DNA of 64,000 bases. Origin: Anolis carolinensis. Lineage: Eukaryota. The notes under the pieces were generated by a model, which saw nothing but the letters and a program-made list of their open reading frames with translations, was not told the origin of the DNA and searched no databases. The position numbers and the translations under genes are program-made. Shown piece after piece: positions 46,370 to 61,124 of this stretch. Numbering within the stretch: position 1 is the stretch's first letter; each line of letters opens with the position of its first letter. The stretch is from contig NC_085842.1 in the NCBI RefSeq assembly GCF_035594765.1, positions 303,475,749 to 303,539,748 of the forward strand. Direction: 5' to 3'.

Positions 46370-47165
46370 CACTGACCGCATAGGGAAGCTGATGAAGAAA
46401 CACTACATACAAAACTATCTACACTAAGAAAATCCAACAAATGTTACATTCAGCAAAGGACAAGAGTGATCTCACCTCTGCAGGAGTCTACCGTATACCA
46501 TACATCTGTGGACATAGGAACCACCAAACGCAGCATCATTGGCCAAACATGAATCAAGGAACATGAAAGGCCCTGCAGACTAACTCAACCAGAGAAGTCA
46601 GTCATAGCAGAGCACTTGATGAACCAACCTGGACACAGTATATTATTTGAGAACACAGAAATGCTGGACCACTCTAACAACCTCCATGTCAGACTACACA
46701 GAGAAGCCACTGAAATCCACAAGCATGTGGACAGTTTCAACAGAAAGGAGAAAACCATGAAAATGAACAAAATCTGGCTCCCAGTATTAAAAACTCTAAA
46801 ATCAGGTCAGTAAATCAAGAACACTAAAAAACGGGAATTCCAAACAGGAAACAATCAGGGCCAGGTAACACCTCCCAGGCAGGAAACAGCCAGGCTTTAA
46901 GCTGCAATGCTATTCAGTGCTAATCAAGGTGGCCAATTGCAACATTCACACTTGCCTCTAATAGACAAAAGTTCTTTCTCCCACCATGGTCATTCCAGAG
47001 ATATATAAAGTACACTTGCTTAGTTTCCAACAGACCTCACAACCTCTGAGGATGCTTGCCATAGATGTGGGCAAAACATCAGGAGAGCATGCTTCTGAAA
47101 CAGGCATACAGCCTGGAAAACTCACAGCAACCCAGTGATTTTGGCCATGAAAGCCTTCAACCACA
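46370..47165 (+). mobile_element. Penelope-like element 3' part (GIY-YIG endonuclease remnant plus pseudo-LTR)
   Basis: GVY.IP...IGTTKR remnant and AEHLMNQPGH.ILFENTEMLD...RLHREATEIHKH...FNRKE. Confidence 0.88.
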
Positions 47166-47734
47166 AAATTTATTATTGAAGGAAGGTGTGTGAGAAAATA
47201 ATAATATTTCCTAACACTTGTAGCATTAGTAGTAATTTGGAAGATTCCAATCATGCTCACAACTCTTGCAAATGAGCAATGATAGCAAGAATTTAAAAAG
47301 AATTTCAAAACATATGCTATATGCATACACACACACACACACACACTGTTCTACAATTCTTTATAGGTCTTGCTTTGGCTGAATCACCATTGCTTGGCAA
47401 CAAAAATGTGTTTGGGTCTTCCGATTATTTTTTGTTCAACTGTTTGAATTATCATGTGATATATGCACATTACTATAAAAAACAGTTATGTATATAACAT
47501 TTAGAAAGCTGTGGCAGTGAAGTGGTAGTGGGTCTAAAAGGAAGCTTTAAAGCACAATTCCCTGCTACAATGTCAGGCAGATAAAGATGCTTGTTTTCTG
47601 TATTTATGATGCACTTCTGTTTGAAGATATGCAAATTGCTGAATTATAGAAATTATACTTTTGGTCCCACACTTGATGTCTCAAGTGGGCCCTTCTGGTG
47701 TTAACTAGGCGAATTACCCCTATACCCTATGCTA

Positions 47735-47864
47735 AGTATGGACAACCTCGGCTCTCCAGGTGTTTTGGACTTCAACTCCCACAATTCCTAACAGCTGATA
47801 GGCTGTTAGGAATTGTGGAAGTTGGAATCCAAAACACCTGGAGGGCTGAAGTTTGCCCATGCCT
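47735..47864. mobile_element. Palindromic hAT-type MITE, same family as 20560
   Basis: Same fold-back sequence. Confidence 0.8.
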
Positions 47865-48307
47865 GTATCCTGGGATTTGCGCATGATTTTAATACCTCCT
47901 CATGAGGGCAATTGGGGGCGGCTTTCCCTGCAACCTAACTCATCTGTCTTATCTATTCCTCAATGAGGACTATAAACTTGTGCAGGATGTGGTTGAGTTC
48001 CTGCATCTAGGAGACCAGGGTGACTTTGGGTAAGTCCCACTTTCAGAAGAAATCTTGTATCATAACCTGGAGTCAATATTAAAACAAAACAACCCAAAGA
48101 TTTCAGGACTTGCCGAGGATGTGAAGCAGAAACACCACAACTCATCATTATACTCTTAAAATGCTTCACTAGTTCAGTACTACACTTTTGTCTGATATAG
48201 CAGGAATAAGCAAAGTCTAGCCTTCTGGAGATTGGATTACAATCCCCAAAATTCCTAGCCCATATAGCCACTGATGAATACTGGGAGCAAACTGGAGGAG
48301 TCTCTTT

Positions 48308-48459
48308 GGCCCCTTCTACACTGCCATATAAAGTCCAGATTATCTGCTTTGAACTGGATTATATGGCAGTATAGACCCATATAATCTAGTTCAAAGCAGA
48401 TAGTGTGGATTATCTGCTTTGATAATATGGGTTATATGGCAGTGTAGAAGAAAGGGGCC
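48308..48459. mobile_element. PIF/Harbinger-like MITE
   Basis: GGCCCCTTCTACACTGCC ... GGCAGTGTAGAAG(AAAG)GGGCC; related to 30432. Confidence 0.72.
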
Positions 48460-49235
48460 TCTGTCCACCCTCTGTGAAGGGATAATGATGTCACAATTAG
48501 AGGCAATTGTCGTGAATCTTTCAATACCTTTGCCAGCTCTTCCCTAAAGATTGGCCCAGTGTGGTAACTTTACAGACCTAATTTTGATAAACTGTTGAAC
48601 CAGAATGGGAAAGAGGTAGATTCCCTTTTCAGCCACAAAACCACTGCATCAATATTGCTTTGGATGCTTCAATCCCTAGCCTACCTCATATAATTGTCTT
48701 GGAGATAAAATGGGATATATTGTTTTGCATGGAAAGACGTGAGCAATGATATTACTAGCTATTCTGTAGGCAATCTCTCATGTATAGGGCTGTCATACCT
48801 AGAAATGCATTTGATGGCATATTACAAAATTTTGTACACAGCTAATTTACACAGAACAATCTCTGTAACTATGCCTCTTTTATTCAAAGTCATAGTGCCC
48901 GACTTTAGTCTTGTAGTTCGTACTGGTCTTGGGCAGTTGCATAAGGCTGAGTTCTCAGCTTTGTGGAAAACTGACTGAAACAACTATATTTAAAGATGAG
49001 CACATTCAAAATATTTTTGGAATGCTTGATTGGTTAATAGACAGCAGGAGAAAAAAGAGATATGGAGTTATCTCAATCCTTTAACTCTTGTTGGTTGCCG
49101 TAATTTATTTTAGGAGTAACTTAATGAAATACATATTCATATAACAACAGTGGAATTACATTTAAATTATTTATTTGAATGAATTAAGACTGGATAAATC
49201 TTCCAAAGTGTCAAATCTATTTAGATCATGGATAA

Positions 49236-49680
49236 CACTGGCAAACACACATTTTGGTGCCTCAGATGTTAGCCCTATTTCTGGGTATATTTGATCTGCT
49301 GATTCCAAAAATGGCACCGGTTTCCCCCGATCAGCTCTAGTTTCTGAGATAAGGAATATATGCCATATACCATTCTTCACTCTGCTCACCGATAAAAGAT
49401 CAGTATATTTTAATGTAATGTTTAAATTGATATTTTTTAAGCATGAAGGAAACATACTAAATATTACAAGAGAAAAGTGTACCATATGAAAGTCTTATTT
49501 CACACCAAAAGCATAGGTTTATGATAGAAACATTCCAGTGATGCGACAAACCATATCTAAGAAATTAGACTTGATGTGGTTTATCCAATGCAATTTTCTA
49601 AATCAGCACCCCAAATAACCTCAAGAACAGGCCTAAAAATCAAGACACCAAAAACCCCCACACTTTTTTATTGGGCTGTG
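49236..49680. mobile_element. Chapaev3-like non-autonomous DNA transposon
   Basis: CAC...GTG ends flanked by TAA/TTA, with subterminal inverted tgctgatt/aatcagca motifs. Confidence 0.6.
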
Positions 49681-52600
49681 TTATAGCTATGAATATGGAA
49701 AACAAAGGATGGTTTTACACTGCAGTGGATACCTGTTTTTGTACTTCCTTCCCCTGTCAGGTGTATCTGAGATGAAATCCTTTATGCCTCTGTGTTGCAA
49801 AATATTCTGAGATATGTTCTAGACAGTGAATGTGCCAACAGAGCTAGTTGATATTATACTAAAAATGAGAGCTTGTACTAAAGTGAATTCCTCGCTTCCC
49901 AAAAGCAGTGAAGTATAGGGGAAGAACAGTCGTAGTTGGCATGATATTTTTCTGACATCGCTGCTCTACACGCAGAGAATGGCATGAAATAATTTTGGGC
50001 AATCATAAGACTCCTATGAACAGTTTGAAAACCATTAATTTGACAAGCTGTGGTGTACCATTTCTGAATCAGTGAATTTTTCACTATTCACTCAAGTGGT
50101 GCATATTCTTTCTTTCATATATGTTTTCAACCATTGTGCCTTCAAGATCCTGAACTCTAAATGAACACCTGATATTTCTGGCATTGAGAATCATATATAG
50201 ATGATTATGGAACATGGTATAAACAATAAATGCAGTAAAGTCAACACCGCTGAAAATAAATCTGCTGAATTGCAGCAAAAGATAATATATTAAAATATAC
50301 AGATTATCGGTCCTCCTTAAAATCCTATTTCAGTGTTACTTCTTCATTGGAAGTAATTAAGCATTTCTATACCAAGGCCCAATAGTTAAAGGAAACTGGA
50401 CTTTTATCAGCTTTTTAATTATTCTATATATGAAATGTATCCCAGTGAAATTTAAGAATTGTACAAATTGTACATTTATTGTTTTCAGTGGCTTTTCCTG
50501 TCATTATAATTGGACATTCTGATGAATAGTGGCATCTATTACACCTCATATTCCTTTAAGGAAAAGTGATTGAAAGAAGACTATAAAATGTTGACAGTCA
50601 TATTTCCAATAGTCATAGCTCTGTAGTGACTTTGCTTGGAAGTAATTTTTATTTGTTCAGAGACTGCACTGGGAAAATAAGGCACATATAATACTGACGA
50701 CTATTTCAAAACCCTTGTGGAAATATGGAGTTTTACTTTAATCTAAACAGAAATATAAAAAGCTTACTTATTCTGAGTTCATCCGTTCTGACCCATTGTG
50801 ATTTGAAACTGACTTTAGTACCTGTAAGGTGCTTCAGGCAGGATTCTCTCTTAACCCTATTCTATAAAATACTGCTGTAATATTTTCTTGCAGATCTTAT
50901 TTGTTTTTATATTTATTTTCTCCTTTTCAGCAACAAAATAATTCAATGGTGGTATTTACATGCAATCACTGACTAGAAGTAGACTGCCTTAGCTTTAATA
51001 AATTTGCTCCAGATTATGCGCTAGATGCCAAATGTTCTATGTTGATGGAAGTCCTTCTAAGAGCCTGTTCTTATACTGCACATTATCTGGTAGAGTGGAA
51101 TGAGAAGTGGCTTAAAGTTGTCCAATCATATCAGGCTGACAAAATAATGATTCATAACATTTAGTTTTCATTACAGATGATGCAATTGTATTTGAAATAT
51201 GATTGTTATTTTAAATATTAATTTGGGCAGTGTAAGTGACAGATTTTATGTTCCCAAGTGGAAGAGCAATCAGTTCTACAAGTATTACATCTCTTGTTTG
51301 TACAAAATTAAAAAGTCAAACTGCACATACTGAAAACAATGTCCAACCGTAGACATTTCAATTGAATACTGTTGATGAGGATGTGCTTTTAAAAGTGTTA
51401 TTTATTGATTATTGAAGATTTGCATAGTTCCATGAGCACAATGTCAATTTGGCACTGACAAGTAGTCAACAAATGCAAATTATTAGATCAATTATGGCTT
51501 CTAGGGCAGAAGACCTATTAAGCGACTGGAGGAAGTGTGGGGACTGGCTGTTGTGAATATGTGTTCTTGTATCTGGCCCATGCATTTCATCTGAGACATT
51601 AGGGACTTCATTCCACCAGCCTCTTGTCTCACCACAATTATGTGGGTGAATTGAAACATACAGGTTCAGCATTGTATCTTTGTATGGCTGCCAATGTCGG
51701 AACAGAAATGGAAAGGACTTACTGCACTGAAGAAAGTAATAGGAAGGCAGTGTCATTGGAAAGTAATTGAAGCTGTATTATAGGCAATGTTTGCAAAACA
51801 TGCTCTGTAAGCTAATTTCTGCAAAAATTTCTGTCCTGAAATTTTCTATTATGAACAAAACCACCACAAATTTTTATCAATGCCAAGAACTTCATAGACA
51901 CATCAACATGATTTAAATTGCAGGTAATGTAATTTAAATTGCAGGTAATATATTTAAATCTAATAATGATTGAAGAACCACCTTCAAATTCTGTTCCCGC
52001 AAAATGTGTAGATTATAATTATAATGGAGCATCTTTAGACCAGATAGGTTTTCAAAATCTGTATTTTCAGATCTTTTATCCAGACATTTTAAACTCCCGC
52101 TGGATTGTCATGCGACGATTGTGAAGTTAGAGAGTAAGGTTTGGAAGCTCAGTACTTCATAGAATTGTGAGCATTAAAATATATTTTTCAAAGTTGCTTT
52201 GTCATTTTAGGGTCTGTGCTTTTGGTTCTGTGAAACATAGTTGCCAGTTGCTGTCATAAATACAGTCCAGATTTAGGATAACCGTTACAGTAAAAATCAC
52301 AAATATAATACAGTAGTTCAAATTTTCAGAGTGTGAGAAGGAAAGGATTAACAAAACTCTTCTAATATTTATGAATAATTGTGAGAAACTGTAAGCATTA
52401 TAGTGAATCTCCCTTATGTTTATAAGGTCCAGTTAAGCCAAAATATTAACATTATCTTTCAACATGAATCTGAAAAGATGTCTAAAATTAAAAGTATCCT
52501 AATATATAGCCAGGCTTGGAATTTCAAAATCCCCAATTCTAGTTTGCTTTAAAAAAGTGCTGATGTGGAATCATTCCTATTTTAAATCAAACTATAATAA

Positions 52601-52771
52601 AAAGCTTGTCTACACTTTCATTAAGAGAAAAGGAGAGATAAATATTTCAAATATTTAAGAAACAGATAATCACACACTTCAATGTTATGTCTCTCCTTTA
52701 ATAATTTCTAGAATTTGTAAATGTATACTTTTGTATGGAGTATATACCACTTTGGTTGTAACTTTGCCAAT

Positions 52772-53030
52772 ATGAGCTGAATATCCATTATCCAGAAATC
52801 TGAAACATTCCAAAATTGTCTATATTTGGAGACTGAGACCTTTGCTTTCTAATTTATTGTACACAAACTTATTCTCAGGCAAAAAAATATTAAAATGCTG
52901 TGTATAAAATTATCTCCAGAGTATGTGTATTTTTACCAACATATCTCAGTATGTATGTACACACAAATATAATCCAAAAGTCAAAACACTTCTGGCCTCA
53001 AGCATTTCAGATAAAGGATACTCAGTCTGT
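52772..53030. mobile_element. Older Tigger4/MER46-like non-autonomous DNA transposon
   Basis: Degenerate TIRs (ctgaatatccattatcc ... gataaaggatactcagtctgta); opposite orientation to the 54775-55320 copy. Confidence 0.65.
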
Positions 53031-53993
53031 ACAGTATGGTTTGTTATAGAGATTTCTTGCTTCAGGCCTCCCACCCTCCAATTTGAATGACAGTATTGTT
53101 TTCAAAATATAGAAACTGGCTATCTCTCTTTTAGATAAGCTATTATATCTTTTATAACTTAAAGAGTCATTTTTAAGATTAGGCAAAACATTTAATATTT
53201 ATTGCAAAACCAGACTCACAATAAATAGCTTATATATAAAGAGAAATAATACAGTGACCTATGTGAAACGCAAATGCTATTAGTACAATAAATTAATTCT
53301 CAAAAGACACATTGATAGATCTGTATGTCGCAGGTTTGTGTAAACAAAGTCATGTGAATTTGAATGCTTAATAAAGACTAGAGGGAAAGCATTCATCTGA
53401 TAAGAAGAACAAAGCCAAGTTATATTTGGATGTTCAAATAATACAGTGTATTTGTTCAGCTAATCATTTGAAGAGTAGGAAGGACAGTGAATTAAAAGTG
53501 TACACAAGGAGAGCTAGATTCTAGATGATAATTTGCTAGACATAAAATGTGCAAGAAACATTACAGATAACAGTTTGCTTTTATCTGGAAAGAATACTTT
53601 GGTTATTGGGGATACCGAAAAGATACCATCATTACAAATCAGTGCTCCCTCTTGGAGACTTCGATTACTGAATTCTTATGCTCTTGATAGCATGGTAGTT
53701 CATTTTTATTGTTCTTCCCCTGAAGACTAATGGAGCCAATTAGACTCTAAAACTTAGTAATGGGACCCATCATTCAAGAAGTATCAAGAAAAATTGGAAA
53801 AGGCTCAGAGGAACATTGTAAGAATGACAATGGACCTAAAAAGGCCAATAGTTAATGAATACTAAAACCAATAAACAGAGAGAGGGGGGGGAGCTATATA
53901 TTCAAAGCTATAATCTTCAAACTACTAAATGATGGTAGGATGAGGCCAAAACAACAGCAACAGATTGTTTCTAATTGTGTCCATCCTCTAGAT

Positions 53994-54114
53994 CAGTGGC
54001 TCTCAACCTGTGTTTTGGCTTTCAACTCCCAGAAATTCTAACAGCTGGTAAACTGGCTAGGAGTTTTGGGAGTTGTACGCCAAAACACTGAGACCCATAG
54101 GTTGAGAACCACTG
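53994..54114. mobile_element. hAT (Charlie-type) MITE
   Basis: Same family as 2912, with a perfect 8-bp TSD CTCTAGAT. Confidence 0.9.
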
Positions 54115-54866
54115 CTCTAGATGCAAATGTCTAGCAGAACAGACAGTGATGCTAGAAACATTTTTCAACCCTTTTGAGTAGATTTAGGGGACATGTAGGA
54201 GAGGAAAGTAATACTGAACAAGGAGAAATTTGTTTATAAATTGTTGGATCTAGGCATGTAAGCCTAAAATGCTAAAGGTTACAGTCAAGTTTAGAACACA
54301 TACTAACTAATTAGTAGTTCAGGAAATGGAAAAACATTAATGAAAGTTGAAGATCAGGAACAGATTGTTGCTGTATTCCAATTGTGAACTGGCTAACTAT
54401 TGGATAGATATTTTGCAACAGCTAATAGTTTCTGATTTCCCATTCTCAATATATCACTTACTCATAGGTGTATTATTACAATTTTTGCAAATGCAGTTCC
54501 TTCTCCAGAGAGATGTGCAATCAGCTTGGAGTACCTCACCCAACTTTGCTGTGTTGATGGCATTAGTTATATCCTCAGAAAAACTGCAACTAAGTCTAGT
54601 TATGCATATTTATTGAGAAACACTAAGCTTGATATTAATAGAGTTAGAATTGATTGGAACAAATAATTAGGTTATCATGTACAAATTAACAACTGCCTTA
54701 GCTTCAATGGCAAAAATATCTTTGGACATAAAACTAAGTCTGGTCCAATGAACTTGATGGATATTGGCGATGTAATACACTATCCTGTTTCTGAAATGCT
54801 TGGAAGCAGAAGTGTTTTGTATTTTGGAATACAGTATTTGTATTTTCATTGATATGAATAATAATA

Positions 54867-55189
54867 CAGTAGAGTCTCACTTATCCAACATAAACAGGCC
54901 GGCAGAACATTGGATAAGTGAATATGTTGGATAATAAGGAGGGATTAAGGAAAAGCCTATTAAACATCAAATTAGGTTATGCTTTTACTAATTAAGCACC
55001 AAAACATCATGTTATACCACAAATTTGACAGAAAAAATAGTTCAATACACAGTAATGCTATGTAGAAATTACTGTATTTACGAACTTGGCACCAAAATAT
55101 CACGATGTATTGAAAACATTTACTACAAAAAAGCGTTGGATAATCCAGAATGTTGGATGAGCAAGTGTTGGATAAGTGAGACTCTACTG
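54867..55189 (-). mobile_element. Tigger-like MITE, same family, nested in an older Tigger4/MER46-like element (~54775-55320)
   Basis: Same TIRs and TA TSD. The flanks join into gaaatgcttgg..cagaagtgtttt...tgggaccca.gtctaaa...aattttgtgca. Confidence 0.9.
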
Positions 55190-58100
55190 TATATTGGAAA
55201 TGGGACCCATGTCTAAATATAAGATGTACCTTCAGACACACAGTCTGAAGATAATTTTATATAATATTTTCACTAATTTTGTGCACAAAACAAGGTTTGT
55301 GTACACCGAACCATCAAAAACATGCTAATGCTCGATTTTTGTTTTTCCTTCATGGGTTATTATAAAATTGTGTTAAGGATGTAATTTACTATGTTTTATG
55401 TATTGGGTGCTTCCTGCACATTACCACAACATACAAATACTGCTAGTTACCTGAAGCTGAGTTTAATTTAAGCTTTAAAGTAAATATTGAAGATAATAGC
55501 ATATTTAAAGTTTAACGTAAACGTGCATAGCATTGTGCAACATGTCCCACCGAACTCAGTTGTAATTGTTCAGTTAGATAATTAAAGAGAAAATATAATC
55601 TTGATAGATAATCCTGCTAAAGAGGGAAATTGCCAAGTGTTTAAAGCAACCTGCCTGATACTAATAGCTTGTTCAATAGGATTAGATCTAAGATTAATCT
55701 CAGCATTAAATGACAGAACATTCTAGTATAATGACAGTAAGTAACTCTTCTGTGATCCTGTTGACCTTGTGCTCTATACTTCTGTGAATGGAGTTATTTC
55801 TCCAGCAAAATAGTAGCAAAAACATCTGATTGTTTTTTCACAGAAATGAAAGAAGGGAGCAATAGTTTAACTTTGGCATCTGTTGAGACCTGTGCTTCTG
55901 TAGGGGGCTGCTGACAATACCTGGGACTTCCTGACTCTAGGCCTTTCCCTTCTTGTTGAAATGAGGATCAAGAAACAACAACTGAATAATATATGTTGTC
56001 CCAACAACATACATTCCAAGGCCCTAACATGGCAGGAATAATTCCAATTAATGTTCTCTCACCCCACTTTTTCAGCTGCTTTTAAAATATCCCAGTGTTT
56101 CTCTTTTTTATATAGTTCCTCAGTGCATTGCTATGCAGCTATGCATTCTGTTTCTCATTTTACGGTTTCATGTTTCTCATATTCCATGATCATATTATTA
56201 TGTGTTTCATAACTCTGGACTTTTCTTTTACCTATGAATATGACAACTGCTGATTGTCCTTTTGGCCTGAGTTTAGCTGCATTATTCTCTTCTCTTCCTT
56301 AGTAGGCTATTGATCCACTTCTGATGGGAGTCTCAGCTTTTCGATGCCCCTTCCCTTCATACTTTTCTGTCTGTCCTTCTTGTACGCTGGAACACCAACA
56401 AAAACATGGCTGCCTCTATTCCATCTATTTTGGCTATAAGACAGAAATGATAAAATGGTGTTCAGATATATAATCTATTCCTTTTTCAACCATTCCGGAA
56501 TTGAGTGGCCTCACCCTCAGGGTACTACCTTTCTTTCCAAATGCTCAAATGTGAGAAGGCAGAGCAGGGAGTGTTAATAGTTTGGGCTGGGTTGGGGTCA
56601 AATGTATTAAGAGTCATCACAATGGAGATGAAGAAGAAGTCAGCAGGTCAGGTGCCTGCTTGCCTCTGTAAAAGAAAAAGAGGATTAAGGGAAACCATCT
56701 GCACCTGTCAGGTGTGTTTCCCCAGGCAACAGGTTACAGGCTGTCCCTTACCAGGTGAAGACACAATTCCAGATGACAGGTGCTATGTATGTATAATAAA
56801 ATAGATCTAGTGTTTGGAACAGATTAAAAGACTGTCTTTGAAGTATCTTCTCATACCGTATTTGTGCACTATCAGAGTACTTTACACTGGATTTAGCCAG
56901 CATAGAACTATTACAATGAGGGTTAGTTTGCTTGTTACATTTATAATTTCCATCTATAGTGCATGCTCCTGTATTTTTTAAAAATTAATTTAGCAGGTAT
57001 GGCTCCTGGGACAGGAGTGGAAATCCTGTGCCCCCCCCCCCATCTGCAGTGAGACTGCAAAACCCAGCATTCCTCACCATGGGTTATGCTGGCTAGAGTT
57101 GATGGGATTTGTTGTCTAAAAGCATGATTCCTACTCTTGTTCTATGATTACCTGACATCCTACTAGAGTTAACAGGCAAAATACAGGACATGATTCCTGT
57201 TCCTTTAATGATTGTGTAGACTGAATTTCAGCAGGTGTTGCCTGTGTAGCAATGTGTTCTCCTTCTAAATTTCTTTTTCTTTACAATTGTTTTAGGGACA
57301 GAAGTCTTCCTCTTTTTTTCACCTGACAATTCCATCAGGAATAGGCAACTTGAGACCTTCCAGATGTTGCTGGTCCACAGTCAGTGTCAGTTCTAGCCAA
57401 CCTAGTAAATAGCGAGAACTGAAGAAAATAGCAGTTCAACAAATATCAGGAGCCTCATCAGTTGCCCACTCCCTGTTTTTCATGTTTCTATATTAAGCTA
57501 CTGTTAATGAGCAAGGTGAAAGGCACTAATTTTAATATCTTTTTACCTGCCAAGCATAACATAACTAAGTCTATAACTGAGCATAGAGCTTTCTTGCTTC
57601 TGCTGTTGTAGTTATGATGCAGAGATTCTTGAGTAAACTTCTGACTAATTTGCTTTTGTTTCTTCAAACTGCAATTTAATCTGCAGTCTACAAGGTAAAG
57701 CATTTCAGAGAGTGAAGATAAACATGATCATTCCCAAGGTCCCTATAGCCAACTACTGTCCGATCAAGGGTCACTAGAAAGTCTGGCGATCCTATGTGTA
57801 CTATATAAGATGTTAATATCCACACTGCCCTATTATAGGTTTGATATCATTTTCACAGCCAGATGTCTATCCTACAAAATCCTTTATATTTAGATGAAGA
57901 ACTCAAACTCTACTAGATAGCCCTAATGCTGTAGTTTAGAGAGGACACTAGGATTTTCTTGCACAGATGCCATTCACCAACTACAAATTCTTGGATGCCA
58001 CTTTGTAGAACTGAGAAATAACAGTCCAGTTTTTTTTTATCACTGCAATATTATAGGTACTTAATATTTATCACACTATTTAGACTAGAATCAACATTCT

Positions 58101-61100
58101 AAAAATATCTCCGAATGTTTCTGTTACTATCAATATTTTGTGTGATACTTAAGGAATTGAGCAAAAATTCAGGCAGCTGGGCTCTAAGTGTCTTGGAAGT
58201 TTCTGTCTGATCTGGATATGTGTTCATGAAGAGAGATTTTCATGTATTTTGTCTTGTGTGCTGTTTAATTTCTATTGCACTACTAGAATTATCCAGTCAT
58301 GGGCACAAATCTTTGGGATTCTGCTCCAATCACTGAAAAGGTTTATCATTTTTATAGCAATGGGACATTTTATATTGTTAGCTTTTGCACTTAATATGGT
58401 TTCACCTACCCCCACCCTCCCCATCACATAAACCAGTGGAACTGAACTGTTAAGTAGTTTAAGCAACTGGTTTCAAATATTCAGCTACTGCCGACATTAA
58501 TGAACGTAGCTCTACTCCATGTTAATGAATACAGTGCATCAAGGGACTGAAAACTACAGATCAAAAAGCCATTTTGTAACATTAATTTTAATAGCAAAGC
58601 TTGTTCCCAACCATTTTTAAACTAATTAAAACCTATGTTCTTTTTAGAATTAATGAAACATAATTACGTTTACAAGGTAAGAGCCGGTGTGGTGTAGTGT
58701 TCTAAGCATTGGACTGCAAACCTGGAGACACCAGCTCAAATCCCTGCTTGATCATGGAAAACGGCTGGCCAAGATTTTCTGGGATGTCCAAGGCAGTTAT
58801 CCCCTAAAGATGCTTGATATTTTCCCAAAATAAGGGGATGTCCCTTAAATCCAGGACTCCTGACAAGCCTGTACACAAGCTGTATATAGAAGGGATCATA
58901 AACTGGATTTTTTTAAATGGAAGGATGCTTTATAGAATGTTTAATTTCCAAATAGATTTAATTTGAAATATACTTCATGTGGTATACTTGCAAATGAAAT
59001 ATATTCAGCAGTATTAATGTATCACCTAATAAGATACGTTTTGGAGCAGATAATGTCAATTTTCATTTATTTTTAACTGGTGGACCAGCTGGGTAGTGTT
59101 CCACCTAAAAACAGATATTTGGATGCATAGACCTAACTTAAATAGAAAGCATGGTTTGTTGGCAGAACCCATGCTTTGAATCCACATAATCCCAGGTTCA
59201 GTCACTGACATCCCCAGATTTCTAGTTCATAAAAAGGATCAGGGATCACCTGATATGAATATCCCTTGCCAAAGATTCCAGGAAACCATGGTTATCCAGA
59301 GTGTCTAATACTGAGCAAGATAAAGAATACATTTACCTGGAGTAAGGCAGTTTCTTACATGCTATGGGTGCATATCCAATCACCCAGATGTTGTTTGATG
59401 ACTCCCATAGTCTGACCACTGGCCATGTTGACTAACGCGATGAGAGCTGTAGTGTGGCACCACCTGAAGGCGGGGTATATATAAGGTGTAATTAGTCCTC
59501 CACAGACCGCAGCACTCGTGCTGGTTTGTACACGGAGATGCGGTTTTTCAAATAATCTGGGTCTGAACAAATACAGGTACAGAGTAACAAAAACATGTAA
59601 TGGTATCCCCTCAACATAATGGCGAACAGGTCTGGTTTTACCAAGGACAAATATCAGAAAACTAGAACTAACTCTACTAAATAGAAATGGGATATAATAA
59701 AGATTAAAGTAGTAGGGCCAAGTTACCAAGCCAGAAAGAAACAGAATGGAACAAGTTGGACAATCAGTTAATATAGCTTTAGTATTCTCTGTGCTAACTG
59801 ATGATGGGTTTTCTTGGTTTTAGACAAGTCTCTCTCAGATGTAGAGGGGAAACAAAACAAATTCCACAAAAGTACTAGAGGAAGATGCAAGTGATTTAAT
59901 TTTTTTGCATGCAAAGCAAGTGTTTTATCAAGGAGAGCTTTTAGACTTGTGTTCTGATGATTTACATTTTTTATTGTTTATCTAATTGAATGGAATGTGT
60001 ACTTGTGTGTTTAAAATGCTAATTGTAGCAATGTTTGTGTTGTGTTTTATTTCCTTGGTTTTATTTATTTTAACTGACTGGGAACATTAAAAAATGGAAA
60101 ACATCATACCAGTGAGAAAATCAATCAGTCTTAAAAATTCTATGTGGTAAACAACCAAAATAAATAATTAACAGGCCAAATCAAAGAAGATGCTATGCTG
60201 GTTGCTTACCGTCCTGCACCTTTGCTTTTATAACTTTTTTGGCACTCTAGTTTACCAAGTAAAACTATTCTGATCAATTACCTCTGTGATGGGAGTAGCA
60301 GGGAATTAATTTGCTTTCTTGATTTTTTTTTCATACTTGGCTGAGAATTCAGGAAACTGGCTACTTAGATGGAGGTGAAAAGAGTAAATGTTATAGATAC
60401 ACAGCAAAGAATAAAAGCAACACAGAATGAGAATCTCTGAGAACTGGTAATAAGCTAATCAAAGGCTGAATCAACGGCTATCAGAAATGAAGTTAAAGAA
60501 AGTGATGCTGCTTGGCTGCATCTTTCCTAACTCACACTTTCCTAAGGGGCAAAGTTTGGAAAATCTCTTTGCAAGGGCTTCCTATAGCCCCTAGGCTTTT
60601 TGAGTTACTTAATCTTCTCAATACCTGATTAGTTCTGGAAGCAAAATCAGTGATTAGTGAGGTATATCGCAAAGGAAGGAACTGGCAAAACCACCTCTGA
60701 ATGTTCCTCAGCAAAGAAAATCCTATGCAATTCATGGGGACTGTAAGTCAACAAGCGACTTGAAGGCACTCATACATATACAGTACATATATCTTCAGGA
60801 GTGCCATAGCCTTGCAGCTTTTAGGACACATAGATTTCCATTCTCCTGCTTTTCAACTCTGTATATCTGAAATGTACCTGGCAACCTGTTCCCTGCTCTC
60901 TGTAGTAGTGACTAAAGGTGACCCATCAATTAATTGAACTGAGAAAATACTGAAGATTAAGAATTTCTGAAGTTAAACTCAATTTGATTAAAAATGAAGA
61001 TTCAGTATTGCCCTCTGGTGGTGCATGTTGGTAGTTTGAAAGTGATTTTTAACAAATTGAAAGAACTTGCTTGAAAAGCAGAAGGAAAGTGACACCAGGT

Positions 61101-61124
61101 AAGTAAAGCCCATTCAACCAATTA

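Noticed and set aside
51380-51780. Possible conserved non-coding element (octamer ATGCAAAT, homeobox-like sites)
   Set aside because: Conservation cannot be shown from one sequence, and such motifs are common in AT-rich DNA.
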